Shown one piece after another: positions 38,344-48,367 of a stretch of 64,000 nt of DNA (position 1 is the first letter of the stretch; each line of letters starts with the position of its first letter). The translations under genes and the position numbers were made by a program. The DNA is from a virus (lineage: Duplodnaviria; Caudoviricetes). The stretch is taken from positions 1 to 64,000 of IMG/VR virus record IMGVR_UViG_2848581113_000005, one strand, 5' to 3'. The notes under the pieces are model-generated. The model ran no database searches. It saw only the letters and a program-made list of their open reading frames with translations, and was not told where the DNA came from.

Positions 38344-38687
38344 GCGCTAAATGCCTGTTCAAATGTTGCTGATATTTTCATAACTCCACCCGCCATCGGA
38401 GTCATGGTTATTGAGTCTGCTTTAATACGGTATAATCCTTTCTCACCGAATGGTGGCGTCCATATAAATGACTTCAGGGTGTGCCTTCGAATAAACTGAA
38501 AAATGGGCATCACTTCATCTTTCAGCCCCATGTAAGAGTAAGGCCATATCTGGGTTTCCGGATTAATGCCATCTCCTGAAACCTGCTTATAGCCATCACC
38601 AAATTCAACCACTCTGATTCGATGTTTAAATTCACCGCTGGGCGAGTCCTGAATTTGAGTTCGCCATTTAAATTCTTCAATAGCCAT
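38340..38687 (-). CDS. Minor tail protein M-like
   Basis: FGDGYKQ...GIN. Confidence 0.88.
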   Translation of the reverse strand: MAIEEFKWRTQIQDSPSGEFKHRIRVVEFGDGYKQVSGDGINPETQIWPYSYMGLKDEVMPIFQFIRRHTLKSFIWTPPFGEKGLYRIKADSITMTPMAGGVMKISATFEQAFSA

Positions 38688-38698
38688 ATAAGCACCTA

Positions 38699-38788
38699 TA
38701 AAAAAACCTCACCGAAGTGAGGTTATTGAATGTAAAAAAACCGCAGTTAAGCGGCCTTAGAAATGAAAAACCCGCACGAGGCGGGTTT
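38699..38788 (-). terminator. Three stacked intrinsic terminators
   Basis: AACCTCAC/GTGAGGTT, CCGC/GCGG and AAACCCGC/GCGGGTTT, each with a minus-strand U tract. Confidence 0.75.
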
Positions 38789-39515
38789 AGGGGTATAGTT
38801 TATCTTTACTAATGATATTGACCAAATGGTGGCAAGGTTCCATTGATAGCTTCATTTCCGACCCCCATAGAGCCATGTCGTGCTGATCTAACCCATCTGC
38901 ACTCCACGGAAGGATACCTTTAATCCCATGTCCATATGGTGTTAACACATCTATAAATTGTTTTTCCGTACAGTCATAGACTCTGACTTCACCAATTTTT
39001 ATCATTCCTTGCGCCCATAATCGACCACCTAGAATGGTTTGTATATGATCACAAATTAAATAATCATGTTTTGAAAGCAAGCATTTATATATTTGCTTGG
39101 CAATACCAACACCTTGATAGTTAATGAGTACTTCAATACCTCTTATCTGTTTACCTGTTTTTAGAATACCATCGTCATAAAAGTTAAAATCATTAAATGC
39201 TACCCTGCCAATCAGCGAATCTTCATTAGGTTCATGCATATCTAATGACAATAATTCTTCAATTATCTGCCATTTTTTTAACCCTGCGCTTTTTAGTACG
39301 GCTGCATGATGCGAATAGAAATCCTTTGTTCCGCATCCCATCTCGACTAACTCGCAATAGTAATCGAACTCACTACCAATTAATGCATATTCAATCACTC
39401 TAACTAAATCGCCATCAGAAGATAAGTAATGAAATGTGTCTATTATTGTCTCTGATGTACTGAAAGGCTTGCGCTTTAAATCCTTAGAATAGTTTTTAGT
39501 GAAATTAGGAGCCAA
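38787..39515 (-). CDS. GNAT-like acetyltransferase-fold protein (moron)
   Basis: IRGIEV...YQGVGIAKQIY (motif A) and QT..GGRLW; TTG start. Confidence 0.6.
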   Translation of the reverse strand: MAPNFTKNYSKDLKRKPFSTSETIIDTFHYLSSDGDLVRVIEYALIGSEFDYYCELVEMGCGTKDFYSHHAAVLKSAGLKKWQIIEELLSLDMHEPNEDSLIGRVAFNDFNFYDDGILKTGKQIRGIEVLINYQGVGIAKQIYKCLLSKHDYLICDHIQTILGGRLWAQGMIKIGEVRVYDCTEKQFIDVLTPYGHGIKGILPWSADGLDQHDMALWGSEMKLSMEPCHHLVNIISKDKLYP

Positions 39516-39530
39516 TTCGCTATCTCCGGT

Positions 39531-39881
39531 TTAGTGAAGAGATAAACTATTATACTGTGACATAAAACCAATAATTGAAGATTTAATCAGCTTTATAGTC
39601 TTATCAGCATCTATGCACAATTCAGGGTATTGTGTTTTAGGGTCAACTATAACATTCACTTTGTTACGTCTGTATAAGAATTCCGCAAAGGGAACAACAT
39701 AAAAGGCATCGCTTTTATTATCGTTGTTTATTGTAACGATAAATATTTGCCGATTAGGATCATTTCTAAAGCTCAACCGTCGAATAAAAAAATCTTTCTG
39801 CAAACGGTCATCAAAGAACCTATCAACTATTTCCGTCGAGTGGCTAATAGTCTGTATAGATCTGGTATGTTCAGTTCTCAT
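39531..39881 (-). CDS. Hypothetical partner of the GNAT-like gene
   Basis: 116-aa AT-rich ORF 15 bp upstream of it. Confidence 0.6.
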   Translation of the reverse strand: MRTEHTRSIQTISHSTEIVDRFFDDRLQKDFFIRRLSFRNDPNRQIFIVTINNDNKSDAFYVVPFAEFLYRRNKVNVIVDPKTQYPELCIDADKTIKLIKSSIIGFMSQYNSLSLH

Positions 39882-40067
39882 ATAGCCCCTAACGTTATGA
39901 AATTAAAGTAAATAAATGATTGGCATTTATCTCATTGGCAAATTACCTTAAGGTAATCATAGGGGCATCTTGATATCAAATCAATAACCGCGGTTATATT
40001 TCTTTTGTTTCGTTGACCATTAAAACGTATCAAAATGTTTCAGTTTTTAGCCATCCGTGGCTTGGGG

Positions 40068-40892
40068 TTAGTTTAGCAAACCAACTTTCCGTTCAAGCGC
40101 ACGCTTCGTCGAGTAAGTCGCTCCGGATACATCCCATAAGTAAGTATGAAACCTAGAAGTAATCGGTGAATTCAGTAATACCATCGCTGGTGATATCGAT
40201 TCTTCCCAAATGTCAGCCATCTTCTTAAGCTGTCTGTAAATTACACCAATGTTACTTAATTCAAGAGATAGGTCTATTTCCGTAGATTGAGGTACAAACA
40301 ATTCTTCACGCCCCAGAAACTCACCTTCAATCGCTTTGGTTGCCAGATACTCTATTGCAGAGGGTAATTGTTCATCTGTAAGCTCATTTATATGACTTAC
40401 TCCAAACTCATGATGCACCATTTGGAATAGCTTCTTGCTATTTATTCCATATTTGCCCATCAACGTATTAACCAGACCACGTAATGGTGTACGATCTTCG
40501 ACTGTGGTTTTTTTAGCTTTAACCTCGCCAGTTGTCCAGTATTCATAAAGAACGTCATCACACTCTTCCTGATAACGGATAACTTTATCCCTGATCGATG
40601 CTTTCACTTTATTAGGGCTGATAGTGGCTAACCAGCCAGCAAGTTTGCGGAGGGCTAGACAAGCCATATTGCGTTTTTTGCCATCTGCGGCAACTATAAC
40701 GATTTCCGTTACAGTTGATTTAAATCTTTGTTTTATCTTCTCTAATTGCGATTGCCAAGCTAAACCCATGCCATCAACAATAGGTCGCATAGGTACATAT
40801 GGTTCACCATTATAATTAACCAAATATAGATGATCGCCGTGAAATGGGACGTTGATTGTGTTACTTGATTCATTAAGTGGTATACTTAGCAT
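40068..40892 (-). CDS. P22 Ant-like antirepressor (P22_AR_N)
   Basis: VPFHGD...PYVPMRPIVDGMGLAWQSQ...YQEECDDVLYEYWT. Confidence 0.9.
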   Translation of the reverse strand: MLSIPLNESSNTINVPFHGDHLYLVNYNGEPYVPMRPIVDGMGLAWQSQLEKIKQRFKSTVTEIVIVAADGKKRNMACLALRKLAGWLATISPNKVKASIRDKVIRYQEECDDVLYEYWTTGEVKAKKTTVEDRTPLRGLVNTLMGKYGINSKKLFQMVHHEFGVSHINELTDEQLPSAIEYLATKAIEGEFLGREELFVPQSTEIDLSLELSNIGVIYRQLKKMADIWEESISPAMVLLNSPITSRFHTYLWDVSGATYSTKRALERKVGLLN

Positions 40893-40969
40893 GTCTATAT
40901 TCCTTTGGTCGGTATTAGACGATTTAGAAGCCCCTCGCTATTACCAGTAGTTCGGGGCTTCGCTGTTTT
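40892..40969 (+). ncRNA. sar-like antisense RNA to ant
   Basis: Extended -10 TGGTATACT (40878-40886), hairpin GTCTA/TAGAC over the ant RBS, terminator GAAGCCCC/GGGGCTTC-TGTTTT. Confidence 0.6.
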
Positions 40970-41141
40970 AAGTCAATAACATTTATTACGTGATTGTTAC
41001 GTTTTGTAAAGATTTCTATAGTGAATTTGGGAAGCGCTTCTAAAATTAGACCAATCAATCTATTATTAACGGGTGATCGGTTGCATTAGTTATATAGTGT
41101 GATAATTTAGCTAGCTTCCTACCGTCCGTAGCATTCAATCC

Positions 41142-41852
41142 TTAAGCTACTTCTACTTTCAAATCCGTAGCTGAAAATCTACCCATTTTGGCGTGATACC
41201 ACTGTGAACCGCGCTGTTCTGCTTCTTTCATCATTTGACGCAGTGCTTTTTCGAATGACTCTTCATGCACTACTGACATTTGAGTAACTTGTCCGCCCGG
41301 TGCAACATGAGGGACTTTTTTGTGAGGCACTGACCAAGCCATGACCAGCTGCCTGCTTTTGGCATCACTCAATCCATAAGTAGCTTTTAGGTAACTATAA
41401 CCTTGGTAACCAACGGGAATAGTACCTTGCTCCATGTGTTCCATTTTCTGCTCAACAACAGCGATACGGCGATCGTGTTCAACATTTGCCAATGCCATAG
41501 CTGCAATGATTTCATTTGGCGTTGTTAGCCTGCTGTTGTACATAGTTTCCAATTTATCGACTAGTGAACGGCGAACCGTCTTTGATTCGCGAGCAGCAAC
41601 ACGAAGAGCCTGTTTGATATTCATTGAGATTACCTCAATCGGCCTACCGCCAGCTTCGCCAGAAGGTTTTACGAAAGTTTCGTAAAACTCTCCATTGAGT
41701 TCATCCTTGATTCTATTTAAAAAGTCGTTATTTCTGATTGGCTTTTCATTGCATTCTTGACGTGTTTGGTTCACAAGAATCAACAACTGCTGGGTGTCAA
41801 TGGTTTTTTCGGTGACAAAATTGAAGCTATTTGCTACATTGTGATTAGTCAT
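41142..41852 (-). CDS. Second antirepressor-like protein
   Basis: IRNNDFLNRIKDEL...GGRP...QALRVAARESKTVRR; likely ATG at 41852 with GGAG RBS. Confidence 0.7.
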   Translation of the reverse strand: MTNHNVANSFNFVTEKTIDTQQLLILVNQTRQECNEKPIRNNDFLNRIKDELNGEFYETFVKPSGEAGGRPIEVISMNIKQALRVAARESKTVRRSLVDKLETMYNSRLTTPNEIIAAMALANVEHDRRIAVVEQKMEHMEQGTIPVGYQGYSYLKATYGLSDAKSRQLVMAWSVPHKKVPHVAPGGQVTQMSVVHEESFEKALRQMMKEAEQRGSQWYHAKMGRFSATDLKVEVA

Positions 41853-42045
41853 TAAAAACTCTCCGTAGAGTTGGTCTGTTTGAAACCAGTAGCCGTTAAC
41901 TACTGGTTTTCTGTTTTTAGAACACCTGCAAGTGTTCTGGAAAATTGAATTGTCATTCGTTACAATGGCTAAGTTGTTTATCTCGCACGGTAAATGACAC
42001 TCAGAAGCCCTAACTGTCCCCAAAACAGTTGGGGTTTCGTTGTTT

Positions 42046-42216
42046 CTATACTGCATTCTTTCGTTGCCCTGCTACTCTATTCATTCTGTCTTTCAATGTT
42101 TTCACAATCTCAGCGTTTAGAGAGCGCTCGCTTTTGTCTGACTCCTCTTCGTACCACGCTCTAACTTCGGGTGGCATTCTTAAAGGATAAGGGGGGATTC
42201 TTTGCTTATGACTCAT
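42046..42216 (-). CDS. Arc-like ribbon-helix-helix repressor (56 aa)
   Basis: Hand-translated MSHKQRIPPYPLRMPPEVRAWYEEES..ERSLNAEIV; absent from the ORF track. Confidence 0.85.
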   Translation of the reverse strand: MSHKQRIPPYPLRMPPEVRAWYEEESDKSERSLNAEIVKTLKDRMNRVAGQRKNAV

Positions 42217-42341
42217 AATGATTCCTTTTTTCTCCTTGAAATCAACTTATCATGGTTAAATGATGGATCATAAGGACTCACTTGTCAAACATATATTTGC
42301 TATCTAAACTGCCGGATAGTGAGTCTAAAGGAGTCAACATA

Positions 42342-42752
42342 ATGTCACGTATAGCGCCATACCCTTTACGAATGCCGCCTGAGTTAAGGGAAGCGTTAGA
42401 AGAGAGAGCGAAAAAATCAAAGAGAAGCCTCCAGCAAGAGGTCATTTACCACATTGATATGTCGCTACAACTCGAAAAGCTTCTCGCATCTGCACCTCCA
42501 TCATCAGATGATACTTATACGCGGATGGCAAAAGCATTGAGGCTGGAAAACGAAGTCAAAAAGAAGAATGAAGATATTGAAAGACTAAAAATGCAAGTCA
42601 GTTTGTTGGCTGAGTCAACTAAAGGGTCTGACATAAATAGATTTAATACCATTCGGCAAAATGTTGAGATCATGCGATCAGCTATAAACAAGATTGAAAA
42701 CGCAATGCCACCAGAACTAATAGCCACAAACCCCAACAAAAAAGCCCCGTGA
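42342..42752 (+). CDS. Mnt-like Arc-family repressor with coiled-coil tail
   Basis: PYPLRMPPELREALEERAKKSKRSLQQEVI; divergent from arc. Confidence 0.82.
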   Translation: MSRIAPYPLRMPPELREALEERAKKSKRSLQQEVIYHIDMSLQLEKLLASAPPSSDDTYTRMAKALRLENEVKKKNEDIERLKMQVSLLAESTKGSDINRFNTIRQNVEIMRSAINKIENAMPPELIATNPNKKAP

Positions 42753-42973
42753 TGGGGCTGATTGGCTTTTGGGTACTATTTACAAATAGGGCTATTACTT
42801 CTCATGACCACCTGACAATTCATTATCCCAGTACTTTATTTTCCTGATGAATGCTTCATGAATTTCACTAGGCAGAGTGCGCTTTATTGTGGATATTTCA
42901 TCTTCAAAATCTTTATAGATGCTAGTTGAATCCCGCCCTGCCTGTAGGTGACTATTCTTAAATTGAATTGTTT

Positions 42974-43267
42974 CTATTTCTTTATTGTTTCAGACATGTT
43001 TTTATCATACTGATCTTGAATGTAATTAAACATCTTTATAGCTTCAGAACATTCATCATTTTTTTTATTTTTCAACTTACAGCTATAATAAGTCAGCGTA
43101 TTGATGCTTGAAATGGCACTTAAATTCTCAATTTGCCATTTACAAAAGTCAGGGTCTTCATGCCCTGAGCAAGTGGCATTTACCATTTCTATAAAAAAAT
43201 CTTTCTCAATTTCTTTTGCTTGCCCAAGTGCCGGAATGAGAAGCACTAACCATAAAAATTTTTTCAT
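42974..43267 (-). CDS. Small exported Cys-containing protein (moron)
   Basis: Signal peptide MKKFLWLVLLIPALGQA; four Cys. Confidence 0.65.
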   Translation of the reverse strand: MKKFLWLVLLIPALGQAKEIEKDFFIEMVNATCSGHEDPDFCKWQIENLSAISSINTLTYYSCKLKNKKNDECSEAIKMFNYIQDQYDKNMSETIKK

Positions 43268-43581
43268 CTATACCTCCAATAATTTTTAACTTATGCAATG
43301 GTAGCCTATAGATATTGCAATTTGAAGCAAACAAAAACCCACCGAAGCGGGTTATAAATTATGGTTTGTATGTAGTTTATCGGCTCGGAAGTCTTATAGT
43401 TATGCAGGTTTGCACAGTTTACCTTAATAAGTTATGCGCATATTTGCATAGTGCTTTTTCAATGAGTTAGATTTAATCCAACCATAACAAACTGATTTCA
43501 CTTAATTATAACGAATCGTTAGAACCAAAAAAAGCCCATAGGATTATTTGGCTCTTGGGGCAGATCATATGACTCTTCATA

Positions 43582-44169
43582 TCATTCGTTAAGCTTAATA
43601 CTATGAAGCCAATATATATATCTTTCCTGAAATTGGTTACGTATTGCTTTTGGTAGCCCTTTATTAAGGATCTCTATTTCCGATTGATAATGAAGCTCTA
43701 TCTCTTGAGTTTCCTTGTCTATGTTTGCTTTTATCAACGTTTCTGATAATTCCTTAACCCTATCATCTATTAATTCTATTCCATCCTTCCTTCTTTTATA
43801 GAAAAACTCAGGTGGGACTTTGGATGGCTTAAACTTTTTAAGAGTTACTTCTTCTATTTTTTCTTGAACTTCGCTGCCACAATGCTTGCATTTAAGCGCT
43901 TCAATGTTGATCAGCTCTGCACAAAATGGACATTTTATTTGATTGCTTTTACTATCACCATCAAGAGCTTTCCTTCCTCCAAAGATAGTCAACAGCAAGC
44001 CACACAAAGCAACAAAACAGCTAATCAATAAGAAATTTTGTCTTTGTGCCACTAACCCGATATTGTTAACCCTTCCACCATATCCAGTTGCTACACTCAC
44101 ATCCATATTAAGTGATGCAAAAATAGCAATAACACCGATTACCAGAAGGAAGATTCCAAAATTTTTCAT
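43582..44169 (-). CDS. Membrane protein with zinc ribbon (moron)
   Basis: Two TM segments, then CPFCAE...CKHC. Confidence 0.72.
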   Translation of the reverse strand: MKNFGIFLLVIGVIAIFASLNMDVSVATGYGGRVNNIGLVAQRQNFLLISCFVALCGLLLTIFGGRKALDGDSKSNQIKCPFCAELINIEALKCKHCGSEVQEKIEEVTLKKFKPSKVPPEFFYKRRKDGIELIDDRVKELSETLIKANIDKETQEIELHYQSEIEILNKGLPKAIRNQFQERYIYWLHSIKLNE

Positions 44170-44238
44170 CCCAAGCCTCTATTTAATTAATGCATTGATT
44201 GATTATTCCATGAACAAATTAAATTATTTAAACAAAAT

Positions 44239-44717
44239 CTACAATTTCCAGCCACAAGCTGTGGATATTTCTTTTGCGACTTCATTTATGTGGTCTATTT
44301 TAAATTCGACGACTATTTGAGTCTTTCCATATGGTTTATACCCAAAGATTACATTTTGTTTACCATATATTTTTTTTATGAACCCCACTGGACTTGGAGC
44401 AAAAGCAGAATCATTACCTCCCCCATAACCCAACTTTCAGTTATTGCATTTTTTTTATCTATCCTGAATGTCACTTTAGTATAATCGTCAATTCCTAGAT
44501 ATTCATCTGTCGCAAGGTAAGCTTCTGTTCTATTGTTCCCACATCGTAATACTAATGCTCCCTCTCCGCTTTCTGGTGACAAAACAGCGAAGTAGTCAAC
44601 CTTATCTGTGAGCTTATTTACTTCTTTTGTAATAAACCATTTACCAAGATCTTGATATTCACTTGCAGTTGAAATTAACGGCAACAAACAAGTGAAAACC
44701 AATAATAACCTTTTCAT
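44239..44717 (-). pseudogene. Frameshifted exported protein (possibly VasI/TagO-like)
   Basis: Signal peptide and LVLRC in the first ORF; joins the second ORF (GYGGGNDSAF...TACGWKL) if one G is added at 44429-44431. Confidence 0.6.
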
Positions 44718-44905
44718 CCTTCACCCTCATTCTAATCAGATACATGAATCTTAGTTAAAATGCGATGCAAAATGAAGCAAAATAGACAGTTGCAAGTCGT
44801 AATGTGATCTACGCATAAGCATATATTCCCATTTAATTTATGGTTACATCTCAGCCCAAAGCAACCAACCGGAGGGATGGCTGATTAACTCCGGGGAGAT
44901 GTGAT

Positions 44906-45433
44906 ATGGATAGAAATAAATACAATGAGAAATTTACAAAATTTCCATATAAAACAAACATTCGCGAAGATGACATTAATAATGGGGGTATAGACCTAAC
45001 AAAAGAACCGCATCGAATTGATGAAATTCATGAAATCCAAGACTATCCTTTTATGAAAAAAATCTTACTAAATATTAACGCAAAAAACCAAACATACATG
45101 ACATTTGGTTGTGATTTTGGCATCTTAAATGATAACCATTGTGGGTATATCGATTTTTCATATAGACCAGACAAAATTCCTGCTGACTATACCGCCATAC
45201 GAAATTTAGATAATGATTTTTATAGGTATTTATCTAATCTTGATTTACCTTGGAGTGCTCCCGGTAGTCCAGTAGACTACGCCAAAAACGCGCTTCGTTG
45301 GGAATATTCAGGTCTAGTAGTTTATGATTCCCCCAAATATGAGAAAGTTTCTCTTTGGATGCGTGCGAAAGAGTATGAAGCTCTTGAGTGGTTGGCAACT
45401 TATGTTCATGACTTTTTGATTGATCATCACTAA
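44906..45433 (+). CDS. Hypothetical protein (antisense-oriented moron)
   Basis: 175-aa ORF with GGAG RBS and a downstream hairpin. Confidence 0.7.
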   Translation: MDRNKYNEKFTKFPYKTNIREDDINNGGIDLTKEPHRIDEIHEIQDYPFMKKILLNINAKNQTYMTFGCDFGILNDNHCGYIDFSYRPDKIPADYTAIRNLDNDFYRYLSNLDLPWSAPGSPVDYAKNALRWEYSGLVVYDSPKYEKVSLWMRAKEYEALEWLATYVHDFLIDHH

Positions 45434-45488
45434 TCATAATTATTTCTCACAAAAAGCCACCGTATTGGTGGCTACTGGTTAATAATTT

Positions 45489-48329
45489 CTACCGCCCTTT
45501 GATAGTACGATACAGCGCAGATGCAGGATTGTTTAGCATTTGATTAACACCAACCTCAACCATCTGCTTGAATTCACGCCTAACTGCTGCATCATTGCCG
45601 CTAGTAGATGATTGCTGCTGCTGCAAAGGCGAACTGACATTAATATCACCCATGTTGAAATTTATACCACCAGCCGCTAGTGGCTGCATTCCGTACATCT
45701 TAGGAGTTGGCGCGCTGATCGTTAAAGGTTGGGAACCGCCAACATGACCGCCAGAGGCATAACCTTTCTTGGCGCTATCCATTAAGCGATATAAGTTAGC
45801 CACACCAAGACGCTCCACCGCTTCTTTAGTGAATACAAACTCTCCACCGTGAACGACACCTTTAGGCTCGTATTTACCACCATTTCCAGTATAACCCCCT
45901 CCAGCAAATCCAAGAGCCGCCCCGAATGAAGTGCCACCAAATGCTGCTTTCATGGCTTGCAACATAGCCATTTGCATAAGCATCTTGGTGATCATACTAA
46001 GAATGGATTTGGTAAAGTCGGCAAAATCAGCCTTGCCTGTGAGGAGGAAATCAGCCATTGAGTTACTCATGCCAGCAAATGCAGCCTGTGAGATCTGAGC
46101 AACATTAGCATAAGTATTTGTGGCTTGATCTTGGAAGTCAGCAAAGCCTTTCTGGATGCCTTTTTGCCAATTGCTCCGTAACGCCTCTTCTTCTTCGAAG
46201 TGTTTCTTTAGCGCATCTTTTTCTTCTGGTGACTTCGCTTTTTCCAAAGCAATATCTTGTTGATAGATTCGGTCAGATTTTCCAGCACTATCAGTTAATG
46301 CTCTTGTTCGTGCATTAATTTCCTCGATTCGCTTGAATTGCTTGTCCAGCTCAGCATTCTTTTGCTTCTGTAACTCAACTTCGTCACCCACAACAGCTAA
46401 TGCGCGTTGAGAAGCTAGAATGGATTCTTTTTGCAGAAGTAGTGATTGTTCATCTTGAGTCAGCTTTCTCTTTCCTTGAGCTTCTTCCAAAATGGCAATT
46501 TTGGCTTCCGTATCCCACAACTTTTTACGCTCAGAACTGATAACATCATTGATGGTCTTATGTTCTTTAAGGACTTTTAGCTGAACTTGCAGTGATAACA
46601 GAGCTTGATTTGCTGCTTCATCAGCACGAGTGCCTGCATCAACCTTGAATTTAGGCTCTTTTGGAGGTTTTTTTCCAGTACCGGGCATTTTACGGTCCCG
46701 GTACTTATAGTTAATCATTTTCTTCGCTTCTTGATACTGCTCCTCAGTTAATGCGTATTTTTCGGCTTTTAGTTTCGCTAACTCTTCATTTCTTTTGGTT
46801 TCCCAACTCGAATAATTATTATGCCATTTTTGGCGAATTCTAAATTTTTCAACCTCTATCTGCTCTGTATTCTTTTTAGATTGCTCACTAGCATTCTTAA
46901 TATCAATTTGAAATTTTTCTTCTTTGAGAGCTTCTATTTCTTTTTTCAGTCCATCAATTCTATATTGTGGCGTGATGAATAAATTACTCAGACTTCTCAG
47001 CAACTCTTCTTTTTCGCGTATTTGTTCCTCTAACGTGTTTTTCCGACCTTTATTAAGCATTGCATCCCAAGCGCTTTTAGCGGCATTTTGGATACCCACC
47101 CACGCAGATTCCAAATACCCTAAATTCTGGGTGATATCTCTTGCTCCATCGTTAATGGATTGAGCGTAGGCATCAATAGCGACTCTGGCTGCCTCTGTTT
47201 TATTGCCTTGCAATTCTAAGGTACGAATTTGCTCCAGCTGTGCAACGGTTAAATGGTGATTAGCTTTCTCCAATTCCAGCGACATTTTTAGCGGTTCATC
47301 CTGCAACCGTTGAAACTGGCTGATTGTCGTCTCAACGGCCTGCCCGGTAATGTAATTCATCTGGGCTGCTGCCTTAGCAATACGGGATATTTCATTGTCT
47401 CTGAATAACCCTGTACCAACGACACTTGAGATAGATGCGGCCATTTCAGACCGAGTTATCCCGCCACCCACCATCACTCGGGCCATTTCATTGAGCTGTC
47501 CGGCTGTTTTATTCGCGTAATTGCCCGTTAAAATGAGCTGTTTATTAAATTGAGTAAATTCCTTTTCTGCATCATAAGCAGCCTTGGCAATCCCTCCCAC
47601 CGCAGTAACAACCAGACCAATACCTCCACCCCGCAATAACCCTCCCATACCAAGAGTATTTGCGATATTTTTTAGATTATTAATAGCGGACTTATTTTTT
47701 CCGTCTAAATCACCGGTGGCCTTGCTCGTTTCTTTTAGTTTATTGATATAAATCTCTGCCGCAGAACTGACGCCTAATTGCGCGGCTCGATGCCTCAGTA
47801 GCTCATTACGGCTCAGGTTTTGAGTTGCCAACTGGTCTTTTAATCTGGCAAGAAACATCTGACCCGCAGCTGATTGTTTCGCATCAGCATCTGCCATCTG
47901 TTTCTTTTTGCCAATAATGTCAGACAGAATATTGCGGTAAGACTCAAGGTCTAACTTTTCGGATTGCCGGGCTTTTCTGGCCGCAGCCTGAATTTTGGTT
48001 AACTGTTCTGACGCAGTGGCATTACGTTTAATAGCATCGATTTGTTTAAAGAACGACTCCGCGACTTTATCCTGTTCCGCCGCAAGAGTCTTTGAGGCTG
48101 ACGCTGCTTGCCGTTCCTTGGTGGCCAAATCCGCAATACTTTTGTGTATCCGGTCAATTTCTTTCGCCATTGCCGCAGAAGCTGCGGACTGCTTTTCCGA
48201 TTGCCCTGTTAACTGGCCTGTGGCGTTACTGGCCTTTTCAGCCGCATCTTTGAATGAGTTTAACTTCTGCTCGCCTCTCTCCAGATCAGAGGTATTCACC
48301 TTTAATGAAATAGTCGCTACATCAGTCAT
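45489..48329 (-). CDS. Tape measure protein (lambda H-like)
   Basis: FNKQLILTGN, C-terminal GGYTG..GKYEPKGVVHGGEFV; ATG at 48329. Confidence 0.92.
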   Translation of the reverse strand: MTDVATISLKVNTSDLERGEQKLNSFKDAAEKASNATGQLTGQSEKQSAASAAMAKEIDRIHKSIADLATKERQAASASKTLAAEQDKVAESFFKQIDAIKRNATASEQLTKIQAAARKARQSEKLDLESYRNILSDIIGKKKQMADADAKQSAAGQMFLARLKDQLATQNLSRNELLRHRAAQLGVSSAAEIYINKLKETSKATGDLDGKNKSAINNLKNIANTLGMGGLLRGGGIGLVVTAVGGIAKAAYDAEKEFTQFNKQLILTGNYANKTAGQLNEMARVMVGGGITRSEMAASISSVVGTGLFRDNEISRIAKAAAQMNYITGQAVETTISQFQRLQDEPLKMSLELEKANHHLTVAQLEQIRTLELQGNKTEAARVAIDAYAQSINDGARDITQNLGYLESAWVGIQNAAKSAWDAMLNKGRKNTLEEQIREKEELLRSLSNLFITPQYRIDGLKKEIEALKEEKFQIDIKNASEQSKKNTEQIEVEKFRIRQKWHNNYSSWETKRNEELAKLKAEKYALTEEQYQEAKKMINYKYRDRKMPGTGKKPPKEPKFKVDAGTRADEAANQALLSLQVQLKVLKEHKTINDVISSERKKLWDTEAKIAILEEAQGKRKLTQDEQSLLLQKESILASQRALAVVGDEVELQKQKNAELDKQFKRIEEINARTRALTDSAGKSDRIYQQDIALEKAKSPEEKDALKKHFEEEEALRSNWQKGIQKGFADFQDQATNTYANVAQISQAAFAGMSNSMADFLLTGKADFADFTKSILSMITKMLMQMAMLQAMKAAFGGTSFGAALGFAGGGYTGNGGKYEPKGVVHGGEFVFTKEAVERLGVANLYRLMDSAKKGYASGGHVGGSQPLTISAPTPKMYGMQPLAAGGINFNMGDINVSSPLQQQQSSTSGNDAAVRREFKQMVEVGVNQMLNNPASALYRTIKGR

Positions 48330-48367
48330 TTTGTTTCCTTCGGGTATAAAAAACCTCCCGAAGGAGG

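Noticed and set aside
41853-42056. N-terminal extension of the 304-aa ORF
   Set aside because: It runs through two hairpin elements and overlaps arc; ATG 41852 has a good RBS.
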